This document shows, one piece after another, positions 7,910 through 16,941 of a stretch of 35,322 nt of DNA. The stretch's first letter is position 1; every line of letters starts with the position of its first letter. The notes below the pieces were generated by a model. It searched no databases. It worked only from the letters and a program-made list of their open reading frames with translations, and was not told where the DNA came from. Both the position numbers and the translations under genes were made by a program. Origin of the DNA: Eubacteriales bacterium (lineage in GTDB: Bacteria > Bacillota > Clostridia > Oscillospirales > CAG-272); contig JAZLEH010000304.1 in the NCBI GenBank assembly GCA_045615165.1, positions 1-35,322 of the forward strand, in the 5' to 3' direction.

Positions 7910-9652
7910 ATGAATGAAAAGAGAATAATGCTCGGTAACGACGCTATTGCAAGAGGCGCGTTTGAAGCAGGAGTAAAGGTATCAAGTGCATACCCCGGAA
8001 CTCCCAGCACCGAGATCAGTGAATTTTTGTCAAAATACGACGAGGTTTATACCGAGTGGGCACCTAACGAAAAGGTCGCTCTTGAGGTTGCCGCAGGCGC
8101 ATCCATATCGGGCGTGCGCGCAATGGCGTGCATGAAACACGTTGGTCTTAACGTTGCATCCGATCCCCTTTATACCCTTGCGTATACCGGCGTTAACGGC
8201 GGTCTCGTTATCGTCGTTGCAGACGACCCCGGTCTTGCAAGCTCGCAGAATGAGCAGGACACCAGAATGATCGCAAGAAGCGCGCATCTTCCCGTAGTTG
8301 AGCCCTCCGACAGCGGCGAGGCAAAGGACTTCCTTAAGTATGCGTTCGAGCTTAGCGAAAGATATGACACACCTGTTATTTACAGAACCACGACCAAGCT
8401 CTCCCATTCGCAGAGCATCGTTTCAATCGAGGACAGGGTAGTTCCTGAGGATAAGGTTTATGAGAGAAGCGTTCAGAAATACGTTATGATGCCCGCGTCC
8501 GCAATCGGCAGACACAAGGTCGTTGAAGCAAGAGAGCTCCTTATGGAAAAGGAGGGCTGTGACTTTGAGATCAACAAGCTTGAAATGCAGGATAAGAAGA
8601 TCGGATTTATTACCTCGGGTATCGCGTATCAGTACGTAAAGGAGGCCGCACCCACGGCGAGCGTTCTTAAGCTCGGTGTTGTTAACCCCCTCCCGAGAAA
8701 GCTCATAGAGGATTTCGTTAATTCGGTTGACGAGGTTTACGTATTCGAAGAGCTTGAGCCCGTAATGGAAGAGCAGATCAAGAGCTGGGGACTTAAGGTT
8801 AAGGGCAAGGAGGTATTCACCAAGCAGGGTGAGTACAGCGCAAATATGCTTAAAAAGGTTCTTTACGGTGAAAGTGACGCGAAGCTTACCGCTGAGCCCA
8901 CTCCCGCAAGACCCCCCATTCTTTGCCCCGGTTGCCCCCACAGAAGCGTGTTCTCGGTTCTTAACAAGCTTAAGATACACGCGGCAGGCGACATCGGATG
9001 CTACACGCTTGGAGCGGTTGCTCCCCTTAACGTTATTGACACCACCGTGTGTATGGGATCGAGCATCTCTATTCTTCACGGTATCGAGATGGCGCACGGT
9101 AAGGATTACGTAAGAAACTGGGTTGCAACGATCGGTGACTCCACCTTCCTTCACACAGGTATTAACGGACTTATCAATATGGTATATAATAAGGCGAGCG
9201 GCACGGTTATGATCCTTGATAACCGCACCACCGGTATGACCGGCCACCAGGAGCACGCCGCTACGGGTAAGACTCTTAAGGGTGAGGACACCTACGCTAT
9301 CGACCTTGCGGCTCTTTGCCGTTCGGTTGGCGTTAATAGAGTTATTGAGATCGATTCCTTTGACGTTAAGGGCCTTGAGGCTGTGTTAAAGGAAAGCGCG
9401 GCAGGAGACGAGCTTACCGTTATCATCGCGAAAGCACCCTGCGCTCTTCTTAAGGGACTTAAGTTCCCCGACAGATGTGAGTGCGATGCCGAAAAGTGCA
9501 AGAAGTGCGGTATGTGCTTGAAGATCGGTTGCCCCGCTCTTACAAAGAATGCGGACGGAACCGTTAAGATCGACGAGACTATGTGTAACGGTTGCGGTCT
9601 TTGCATGAGCTACTGCAAGTTCGGCGCGATAAAGAAAGTGCCCAAGGCGTAA
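7910..9652 (+). CDS. iorA: indolepyruvate:ferredoxin oxidoreductase subunit alpha
   Basis: 580 aa with GGAGG 9 nt upstream. Thiamine-diphosphate motif IGDSTFLHTG. C-terminal 2x[4Fe-4S] motifs CKKCGMCLKIGCP and CNGCGLCMSYC. Followed by the small IorB-type subunit. Confidence 0.9.
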   Translation: MNEKRIMLGNDAIARGAFEAGVKVSSAYPGTPSTEISEFLSKYDEVYTEWAPNEKVALEVAAGASISGVRAMACMKHVGLNVASDPLYTLAYTGVNGGLVIVVADDPGLASSQNEQDTRMIARSAHLPVVEPSDSGEAKDFLKYAFELSERYDTPVIYRTTTKLSHSQSIVSIEDRVVPEDKVYERSVQKYVMMPASAIGRHKVVEARELLMEKEGCDFEINKLEMQDKKIGFITSGIAYQYVKEAAPTASVLKLGVVNPLPRKLIEDFVNSVDEVYVFEELEPVMEEQIKSWGLKVKGKEVFTKQGEYSANMLKKVLYGESDAKLTAEPTPARPPILCPGCPHRSVFSVLNKLKIHAAGDIGCYTLGAVAPLNVIDTTVCMGSSISILHGIEMAHGKDYVRNWVATIGDSTFLHTGINGLINMVYNKASGTVMILDNRTTGMTGHQEHAATGKTLKGEDTYAIDLAALCRSVGVNRVIEIDSFDVKGLEAVLKESAAGDELTVIIAKAPCALLKGLKFPDRCECDAEKCKKCGMCLKIGCPALTKNADGTVKIDETMCNGCGLCMSYCKFGAIKKVPKA

Positions 9653-9667
9653 TTTGGAGGAATCAAT

Positions 9668-10228
9668 ATGAATATTATGGTTGTAGGCGTTGGTGGTCAG
9701 GGAACTTTGCTCACCAGCCGAATTATAGGAAAAACCGCTCTCGGAGCAGGATACGACGTTAAGCTCTCCGAGGTTCACGGTATGGCTCAGCGCGGCGGTA
9801 GCGTAGTAACCTTCGTAAGATTTGGAGATAAGGTTTACGAGCCCGTAGTTGAAGAGGGATGCGTTGACGTTCTCATCTCGTTTGAAAGACTTGAGGCGCA
9901 GAGATACGCTCACTTCCTTAAGCCCGACGGTGTAATTATAGTTAACGACACGAGAATCGATCCTATGACGGTAGTTATAGGCGCGGCTCAGTATCCCGAG
10001 GGAATTATTGAGAAGCTTTCTAAAAATCACACTGTTTACACGATTGACGGACTTGCAGTTGCAAAGAAGCTTGGTAACAGCAAGGTTCTTAACACCGTCG
10101 TTCTCGGACTTGCGGCAAAGCATATCGGCTTTGCAGAGGAGGAGTGGCTTGAAATACTTAAGTCAACAGTTCCTCCGAAAACGGTAGACATTAACGTTCT
10201 TGCATTCAAGGCCGGTTACGAAAATTAA
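9668..10228 (+). CDS. iorB: indolepyruvate:ferredoxin oxidoreductase subunit beta
   Basis: 186 aa. The MVVGVGGQGTLL...VHGMAQRGGSV pattern matches the gamma-type/IorB domain of 2-oxoacid:ferredoxin oxidoreductases. GGAGGA SD. Confidence 0.85.
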   Translation: MNIMVVGVGGQGTLLTSRIIGKTALGAGYDVKLSEVHGMAQRGGSVVTFVRFGDKVYEPVVEEGCVDVLISFERLEAQRYAHFLKPDGVIIVNDTRIDPMTVVIGAAQYPEGIIEKLSKNHTVYTIDGLAVAKKLGNSKVLNTVVLGLAAKHIGFAEEEWLEILKSTVPPKTVDINVLAFKAGYEN

Positions 10229-10245
10229 AGGAGACACAATAAAAA

Positions 10246-11544
10246 ATGATCTGGAATCAGAAAAGCGAGTGTATGTCGCCCGAAGAAAAGAAGGCGCTTC
10301 AGAGTGAAAGACTCGTTAAGCTCGTAAAGTACGTTTACGATAACGTAGAGTTTTACCGCAACAGAATGGACTCTGTTGGTGTAAAGCCGGAGGACATCAA
10401 AAGCATCGACGATATTACGAAGCTTCCTTACACCACGAAGGACGATCTTCGCGATACGTACCCCTTTGGACTTTTTGCGGCAAAGCGCAAGGACATCGTA
10501 AGAATTCACGCATCGTCGGGAACTACCGGCAAGGCTACCGTTGTCGGATATACTCAGTCGGATATCGAAATCTGGGCTGAGTGCGTTGCAAGATGCCTTA
10601 CTATGACGGGCGTGACCAAGGACGATATAATTCAGATCGCTTACGGTTACGGTCTTTTCACCGGCGGTCTTGGTGCGCATTACGGCGCGGAGAGACTCGG
10701 CGCAATGGTTGTGCCGATGAGCACCGGAAATTCTAAAAAGCTTACCACGATGATGATCGATTTCGGTGCTACTGCTATTGCTTGTACTCCCTCGTACCTT
10801 CTTCATTTATCAGAGGTTCTTCGTGATGAGGGACTCCTTGACCGGATCAAGCTTAAAACCGCTATCTGCGGTGCTGAGCCCTGGACTGAAAAAATGCGCC
10901 AGGAGATCGAGAGCCGTCTTAACATCACCGCTCACGATATTTACGGACTCAGCGAAATAATGGGTCCCGGCGTTGCCTGCGACTGTAAGTATCACTCGGG
11001 ACTTCACATCTGCGACGACCACTTCTATCCCGAAATCATAGATGCAAAGACTCTTACTCCCGTTGCTGACGGAGAGGTTGGTGAGCTTGTATTCACCACA
11101 CTCACAAAAGAGGGAATTCCTCTTATCCGTTACAGAACCAAGGATCTTACCAGCATTACTCACGAGACCTGCGAATGCGGAAGAACGAGCGCAAGAATCT
11201 CTCGCTTCAAGGGCAGAAGTGACGATATGCTTATTATAAGAGGCGTTAACGTATTCCCGAGCCAGGTTGAAGCCGCTCTTATCAACGTAGAAGAGGTTAC
11301 TCCTCACTATATGATGATAGTTAACAGAGAGAACAACCTCGATACCCTTGAAATTCAGGTTGAGGTAGATACTAAGTATTACACCGACGAGATCAAGGGA
11401 ATCGAAAAGCTCACCAAGAAGATATCAACCGTTATCCAGCAGGCGCTCGGAATCAGCGCGAAGATCAAGCTGATGGGCCCGAACTCGCTTAAGCGCAGTG
11501 AGGGTAAGGCGGTTCACGTTATCGACAACCGTAAATACGATTAA
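10246..11544 (+). CDS. paaK: phenylacetate-CoA ligase family protein, paralogue 2
   Basis: 432 aa, the same length as paralogue 1 and roughly half the positions identical by eye. Motifs RIHASSGTTGKATVVGYT, IYGLSE, LIRYRTKD, GRSDDMLIIRGVNVFPSQVE. Confidence 0.85.
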   Translation: MIWNQKSECMSPEEKKALQSERLVKLVKYVYDNVEFYRNRMDSVGVKPEDIKSIDDITKLPYTTKDDLRDTYPFGLFAAKRKDIVRIHASSGTTGKATVVGYTQSDIEIWAECVARCLTMTGVTKDDIIQIAYGYGLFTGGLGAHYGAERLGAMVVPMSTGNSKKLTTMMIDFGATAIACTPSYLLHLSEVLRDEGLLDRIKLKTAICGAEPWTEKMRQEIESRLNITAHDIYGLSEIMGPGVACDCKYHSGLHICDDHFYPEIIDAKTLTPVADGEVGELVFTTLTKEGIPLIRYRTKDLTSITHETCECGRTSARISRFKGRSDDMLIIRGVNVFPSQVEAALINVEEVTPHYMMIVNRENNLDTLEIQVEVDTKYYTDEIKGIEKLTKKISTVIQQALGISAKIKLMGPNSLKRSEGKAVHVIDNRKYD

Positions 11545-11564
11545 TTGAAAAGGAGAATTTCAAA

Positions 11565-11993
11565 ATGACAGTAAAGCAGTTATCCGTTTTTATTGAAAAC
11601 AGACAGGGAAGACTTGGAGAGGTTCTCAACGTTCTTAAGGAAAACAACGTAAACATTTTGTCAATAAGCCTTGCCGATACCACCGAGTACGGACTTCTTC
11701 GACTTATCGTTAACGATCCGAAGAAGGGATGCGACGTTCTTCTTGAGGCAGGATTCTCAAGCATGCTTACCGACGTTATAATCGTGAAGATCCCTCACGT
11801 TACGGGCGCTCTTCAGTCTATTCTCTCCCTCATCACCGAGAAGAACGTTAATATCGAGTATATGTACGGCCTTTCGGTTGAAGCTACCGATGCTTCCGTA
11901 GTTATGAAGACCAACGAGCTTGATATGGCTCTCTCCGTTCTTGATAAAGCGAAGATCGACACCATGACCAGCGAGGAGATCGCGGCTCTTTAA
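11565..11993 (+). CDS. tandem ACT-domain (small-ligand-binding) protein
   Basis: 142 aa made of two ~70-aa halves, each starting with an ACT-like strand-helix (LSVFIENRQGRLGEVLNVLKENNVNI and VKIPHVTGALQSILSLITEKNVNI). AAGGAGA SD. Confidence 0.72.
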   Translation: MTVKQLSVFIENRQGRLGEVLNVLKENNVNILSISLADTTEYGLLRLIVNDPKKGCDVLLEAGFSSMLTDVIIVKIPHVTGALQSILSLITEKNVNIEYMYGLSVEATDASVVMKTNELDMALSVLDKAKIDTMTSEEIAAL

Positions 11994-11998
11994 TAGCG

Positions 11999-12811
11999 AT
12001 GATAGATTTTCATACACACGTTTTCCCGGACAAGATAGCGGCGGCGACAGTCGCCGCTCTTGCAAGGGTCAGTGCGACTCCGCCCCATTCGAACGGAACG
12101 GCAGAGGAGCTTTTGTCTCTTCTCACTGCCGCCGGGGCGGATATCGCGATAAATCTCCCGGTTTTAACGAAACCGACGCAGTTTGAAAGCATTTTAAATT
12201 ACGCCGTAGCCCTTAACGAGAGGGAATACGGAAATGAAAGGATAATCTCTTTTGCGGGAATCCATCCTGCCGATGAGAATATCGAAGAGCATCTTTATCG
12301 CGTTAAGGCGGCGGGTATAAAGGGTGTCAAGATCCACCCGGATTATCAGAACACCTTCTTTGACGACGAATCATACGTAAGAATAGTTAAGACGGCAAAG
12401 GAGCTTGATCTTGTCGTCGTGACGCACGCAGGGCTTGACGCGGCATACGTCGGTCAACCGATCAAATGCACGCCGAAAAGAGTCCTCAACCTGCTTTCGC
12501 AGGTCGGCGGTTATTCAAAGCTCGTGCTCGCGCATATAGGTGGAAACGACCTCTCATCCGAGGTGCTTTCATCTCTTGCGGGCGAGGATATTTATTTCGA
12601 TACCTCGTATAGCCTGCAATGCACGCCGTGCGACGTATTTGAAAAAATAGTTGAAAAGCACTGTGCGTCAAAAATTCTCTTTGGAAGCGACAGCCCCTGG
12701 CGAGATATTCGCGAGGAAGCTGATATTATAAAAAGCTTTGATTTCGGAGTCGAGACCGAAGAAAAAATCTTCTCGGCTAATGCAAAAGAATTGTTAGGAA
12801 TACAAAAATGA
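11999..12811 (+). CDS. TIM-barrel metal-dependent hydrolase (amidohydrolase_2 / COG2159-like)
   Basis: 270 aa. It starts MIDFHTHVFP (HxH), then VVVTHAG, LAHIGG and LFGSDSPW, a metal-ligand-like pattern. Its stop overlaps the next start (ATGA at 12808-12811). Confidence 0.7.
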   Translation: MIDFHTHVFPDKIAAATVAALARVSATPPHSNGTAEELLSLLTAAGADIAINLPVLTKPTQFESILNYAVALNEREYGNERIISFAGIHPADENIEEHLYRVKAAGIKGVKIHPDYQNTFFDDESYVRIVKTAKELDLVVVTHAGLDAAYVGQPIKCTPKRVLNLLSQVGGYSKLVLAHIGGNDLSSEVLSSLAGEDIYFDTSYSLQCTPCDVFEKIVEKHCASKILFGSDSPWRDIREEADIIKSFDFGVETEEKIFSANAKELLGIQK

Positions 12812-13995
12812 TTAACGAAAAAATGTATGCCCTCGGCAACAAGCGCTCTATAATCAGAGAGATATTCGAGTATTGTAAGACCCGCGCCACAGAGATCGGC
12901 AAGGATAAGGTTTTTGACTTTAGTATCGGAAACCCCAGCGTTGAGCCCCCGAAGGATATAAGCGAGGCAATCGTTGACCTCGTAAACAATGAAAATTCCG
13001 TGCTTCTTCACGGTTATACCTCCGCGCAGGGTGATGCCGGCACGAGAGGCGTGATCGCAGAGCATATCAATAAGTGCTTCGGGACGAAGCTTACCGCAGA
13101 TAACCTCTATATGACCTGCGGCGCGGCAGCTTCGCTTACCATTTCGCTTAAGGCACTTATGAACCCCGGCGACGAATGCATTCTCTTCGCTCCCTTCTTC
13201 ACCGAGTATCGCGTGTTCGTTGAAAACGCAGGCGGTAAGGTCGTTGTTTCCGCTCCTCTTGAGCCCTCGTTCCAGATCAACGTTTCGGATTTCGAATCTA
13301 AGATCAACGAGAATACCAAGGCGGTTATCATCAACTCCCCGAACAACCCCAGCGGTGTCGTTTACAGTGAAGAGACCATCAAGGCGGTGACCGACCTTCT
13401 TAAGAAAAAGGAAGAGGAATACGGACATCCGATATACCTCATTGCCGACGAGCCCTACCGCGAGCTCGCATTTGACGGCATTAAAGTCCCGTATCTTATG
13501 AACTATTATAACGATACTATCGTTTGCTACTCATATTCAAAGGCTCTCTCGCTCCCCGGCGAGCGTATCGGATATATCGCGGTAAGCCCCGATATGCAGG
13601 ATTCAAGAACGGTATATCTTGCCGTTTGCGGTGCAGGCCGCTCGCTCGGCTACGTTTGCGCGCCCAGCCTTTTCCAGCAGGTCATCAAAAGAGCGGTCGC
13701 CTCTAAGGTCGACGTTGGAATCTATAAGGAAAACAGAGATATTCTTTACGATAACCTCACCTCGTTCGGTTACGAGTGCGTTAAGCCCGACGGAGCGTTC
13801 TACCTCTTCGTTAAGGCGCTTGAGGAGGATGCCTATAAGTTCTATGAAAAGGCAAAATCCAAGGAAATACTCGTCGTTCCCTGTGACGATTTCGGCGTTA
13901 AGGGTTACGTAAGAATCGCTTACTGCGTAGATAAGGAAAGAATCGTAAATTCTCTCCCTGCTTTCCGCGCCCTCGCAGAGGAATATAAAAAGTAA
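12808..13995 (+). CDS. class I/II PLP-dependent aminotransferase (aspartate/aromatic type)
   Basis: 395 aa. Motifs INSPNNPSG and YSYSKALSLPGERIGY (PLP lysine), with a C-terminal VRIAY block. Translationally coupled to the upstream gene. Confidence 0.85.
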   Translation: MINEKMYALGNKRSIIREIFEYCKTRATEIGKDKVFDFSIGNPSVEPPKDISEAIVDLVNNENSVLLHGYTSAQGDAGTRGVIAEHINKCFGTKLTADNLYMTCGAAASLTISLKALMNPGDECILFAPFFTEYRVFVENAGGKVVVSAPLEPSFQINVSDFESKINENTKAVIINSPNNPSGVVYSEETIKAVTDLLKKKEEEYGHPIYLIADEPYRELAFDGIKVPYLMNYYNDTIVCYSYSKALSLPGERIGYIAVSPDMQDSRTVYLAVCGAGRSLGYVCAPSLFQQVIKRAVASKVDVGIYKENRDILYDNLTSFGYECVKPDGAFYLFVKALEEDAYKFYEKAKSKEILVVPCDDFGVKGYVRIAYCVDKERIVNSLPAFRALAEEYKK

Positions 13996-14007
13996 TTATT
14001 TATATTA

Positions 14008-15249
14008 ATGGAGACAAAAATGGAAAAGACTAATAAGAGAAGAATTTTGTTCGTTCTCCTCGTTGCGGCAATGGTGTTCTCATTTATCACCTGCATTTTC
14101 ACCTCCGCAGCCGAGACGGTTCCCGAGGAGGAATCGGGATTCGCGGCTATTCCGATTATCGGAAACCTTGCCGACATTAAGTGGCAACAGGTCGTAATGT
14201 GGATCATCGGCGGACTCCTCATTTACCTAGCTATTGCTAAGGATATGGAGCCTACGCTTCTTCTTCCTATGGGATTTGGTGCGATACTCGTTAACCTCCC
14301 GAATTCTGCCGCTATCGGCGCACACGGTCCGATATCCGTGCTCTTCAACTTTGGTATAGACAACGGCGAATTATTCCCGCTTCTTCTGTTCATCGGTATA
14401 GGTGCGATGATAGACTTCTCACCTCTTCTTTCGAACCCCAAGCTCTTCCTCTTCGGTGCGGCAGCGCAGTTCGGTATATTTATCACTCTCGGACTTGCAA
14501 CCCTCGTTGGATTCAACCTTGAGGATGCTGCGTCGATCGGTATAATCGGTGCGGCAGACGGTCCTACCGCTATATTCGTGGCAAACGTTCTTGAATCGGG
14601 ATACCTTGCTCCTATAATGGTTGCGGCGTATTCGTATATGGCTCTCGTTCCCGTAATTCAGCCCCCCGTGATCCGTCTTATAACGACGAAGAAGGAGCGC
14701 CTCATCCGTATGGACTACTCTGCAGGCGACGTTAAGAAGACCACTAAGATCCTCTTCCCGATAGTAGTTACCGTTATCACCGGTATAATCGCTCCCGATT
14801 CGGCGGTTCTTATCGGCTTCCTTATGTTCGGCAACCTCATTCGTGAGTGCGGCGTTCTTAACGCTCTATCCGAAACCGCGCAGAAGGTTCTTGCAAATAT
14901 TATCACCCTTCTTCTCGGTATCACGATCGCGGCGCAGATGACCGCTGATAAATTCATTCAGTGGGAAACTCTTCTCATTATTGCGCTTGGACTTTTCGCA
15001 TTCATCTTCGACACGGTTGGTGGCGTTATGTTTGCAAAGCTCTTGAACGTGTTCTCAAAGAAGAAGATCAACCCCATGATCGGTGCAGCGGGCATTTCCG
15101 CATTCCCGATGTCCTCGCGAGTCGTTCATAAGATGGGACTTCAGGAAGATCCCTCAAACTTCCTTCTTATGCATGCGGCAGGCGCAAACGTCTCGGGTCA
15201 GATCGCATCGGTTATTGCCGGCGGCTTGCTTCTCGCGCTCGTTGGTTAA
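14008..15249 (+). CDS. beta (membrane, Na+-translocating) subunit of a biotin-dependent decarboxylase (OadB/GcdB/MmdB family)
   Basis: 413-aa polytopic ORF. Blocks LAIAKDMEPTLLLPMGFGAILVNLP, IGIIGAADGPTAIF, MVAAYSYMALVPVIQPP and GISAFPMSSRV. It starts only 12 nt after the aminotransferase stop. The alternative ATG 14020 has the better SD spacing (GGAGA 14010-14014). Confidence 0.85.
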   Translation: METKMEKTNKRRILFVLLVAAMVFSFITCIFTSAAETVPEEESGFAAIPIIGNLADIKWQQVVMWIIGGLLIYLAIAKDMEPTLLLPMGFGAILVNLPNSAAIGAHGPISVLFNFGIDNGELFPLLLFIGIGAMIDFSPLLSNPKLFLFGAAAQFGIFITLGLATLVGFNLEDAASIGIIGAADGPTAIFVANVLESGYLAPIMVAAYSYMALVPVIQPPVIRLITTKKERLIRMDYSAGDVKKTTKILFPIVVTVITGIIAPDSAVLIGFLMFGNLIRECGVLNALSETAQKVLANIITLLLGITIAAQMTADKFIQWETLLIIALGLFAFIFDTVGGVMFAKLLNVFSKKKINPMIGAAGISAFPMSSRVVHKMGLQEDPSNFLLMHAAGANVSGQIASVIAGGLLLALVG

Positions 15250-15270
15250 TAGGGAAAGGAGATTTTGGTT

Positions 15271-15471
15271 ATGCTTAAAGGAATAATTAAAGCGCTTTCA
15301 AAAACTGAGGACCTCTCGAATTTCGAGACCTTTATGGAGGCTCTTCCGATCATAGGAATTTGTATTCTCGGTATATTCGGTGTTACCGCGTTTATAATAC
15401 TTACTGTCCGCCTTCTTAATAAGTTTTCAATCTGGCTTGAAGAAAGAAAAAATAATAACGGCGCAGAATAA
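15271..15471 (+). CDS. small single-TM protein, possibly an OadG-like gamma subunit
   Basis: 66 aa from ATG 15271, with AAAGGAGA 8 nt upstream (the ORF track starts at TTG 15265). One hydrophobic helix, LPIIGICILGIFGVTAFIILTVRLL, then a polar tail. The call rests only on position next to the beta subunit and on topology. Confidence 0.45.
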   Translation: MLKGIIKALSKTEDLSNFETFMEALPIIGICILGIFGVTAFIILTVRLLNKFSIWLEERKNNNGAE

Positions 15472-15475
15472 TAAA

Positions 15476-15514
15476 AATCATTCCGCGAGGTTATTTCACC
15501 CTCGCGGAATTTTA
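15476..15514 (+). terminator. rho-independent terminator ending the nine-gene unit
   Basis: ATTCCGCGAGG (15480-15490), 9-nt loop, CCTCGCGGAAT (15500-15510), TTT. Confidence 0.8.
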
Positions 15515-15528
15515 ATGAGAGGTAATTT

Positions 15529-16941
15529 ATGAGAAAGACTAAAATAATATGCACCATCGGTCCTGCATCGGATAATGACGCGACCCTTGAAAAAATGTGC
15601 AAGGCGGGAATGAACGTTGCAAGACTTAATTTCTCGCACGGAACTCACGATCAGCATAAGGAAAAGATCGAGATGATCAAGCGCGTTCGCGAAAATCTCG
15701 GCATGCCGATCGCAATAATGCTTGATACCAAGGGTCCGGAATACCGCATCAAGACCTTTAAGGATAAGAAGATCAGCCTTGCAGACGGAGATAGCTTCAC
15801 CTTTACCACCGAGGATGTTATCGGTGACGAAACGAGAGTTTCGGTTACTTATGAGAACCTCATTGACGAGCTTAACGTCGGCGATCGCATTCTCGTTAAT
15901 AACGGACTCGTTATCTTTGAGGTTGAGTCGCTTGAGGGGCATAACGCGAATTGTAAGGTAATCGCGGGCGGAGTGCTTTCCGACCGAAAGAGTATGCATT
16001 TTCCAAACAAGGTGCTTAAGCAGGAATACCTCTCCGCACAGGATAAGGCGGACCTTCTTTTCGGTATCGAAAACGAGGTCGATTTCGTTGCGGCATCCTT
16101 CGTTTCAACAAAGGGGGATATCGAATCGCTTCGTAACTTCCTTAATGAAAATGGCGGTGAGGAGATCGATATAATCGCGAAGATAGAGAACCGCGCAGGC
16201 GTTGATAACATCGACGAAATTTGCGAGATCGCCGACGGTATAATGGTTGCAAGAGGCGACCTTGGTGTTGAGATTCCTTTCGTTGAAGTGCCCTCCATTC
16301 AGAAATACCTTATTAAGAAATGCCGTCTTCTCGGCAAGCGCGTTATCACCGCGACCGAGATGCTCGAGTCAATGATAAACAATCCCCGTCCCACCCGTGC
16401 GGAGATTTCCGACGTTGCAAACGCGGTTTACGACGGCTCGTCTGCAATAATGCTCTCGGGTGAGACCGCCGCAGGTAAATATCCCGTGCTCGCGGTAAAG
16501 AATATGGCGGAGATCGCCGAGTTCACCGAGCAGGGAATAGACTATAAGGAATGGTTCAAAACGACCGATTATAAGATAAGAAACAATCTTGACGCAGTTT
16601 CCCACGCGACCTGCTCAATGGCGATCGACGTTGGCGCAAAGTGCATCGTCGTAAACTCTAAGAGCGGACGCACCGCAAGAATGGTAAGCCGCTTCCGTTC
16701 CCCCGCCGATATAATCGGAATGACCACCGACGAGAGAGCTTGGAGAAGACTTAATCTTTCTTGGGGCGTTATTCCCGTGCTTAGCGAGGAGTATAATTCG
16801 ATCGAGGTTGTGTTCTATCAGGCGTTTAAGGGCGCTATAAAAACGCTCTCGCTTAAAAAAGGTGACAACGTAGTTCTTACGGGCGGTCAGATAAACGGCA
16901 AGCCCGGCAACACGAACACCATAAAGGTTGAAACTGTCTAA
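15529..16941 (+). CDS. pyk: pyruvate kinase
   Basis: 470 aa. Motifs MRKTKIICTIGPAS, LNFSHG, MVARGDLGVEIP, ATEMLESM. No C-terminal PEP-utiliser extension. Confidence 0.95.
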   Translation: MRKTKIICTIGPASDNDATLEKMCKAGMNVARLNFSHGTHDQHKEKIEMIKRVRENLGMPIAIMLDTKGPEYRIKTFKDKKISLADGDSFTFTTEDVIGDETRVSVTYENLIDELNVGDRILVNNGLVIFEVESLEGHNANCKVIAGGVLSDRKSMHFPNKVLKQEYLSAQDKADLLFGIENEVDFVAASFVSTKGDIESLRNFLNENGGEEIDIIAKIENRAGVDNIDEICEIADGIMVARGDLGVEIPFVEVPSIQKYLIKKCRLLGKRVITATEMLESMINNPRPTRAEISDVANAVYDGSSAIMLSGETAAGKYPVLAVKNMAEIAEFTEQGIDYKEWFKTTDYKIRNNLDAVSHATCSMAIDVGAKCIVVNSKSGRTARMVSRFRSPADIIGMTTDERAWRRLNLSWGVIPVLSEEYNSIEVVFYQAFKGAIKTLSLKKGDNVVLTGGQINGKPGNTNTIKVETV

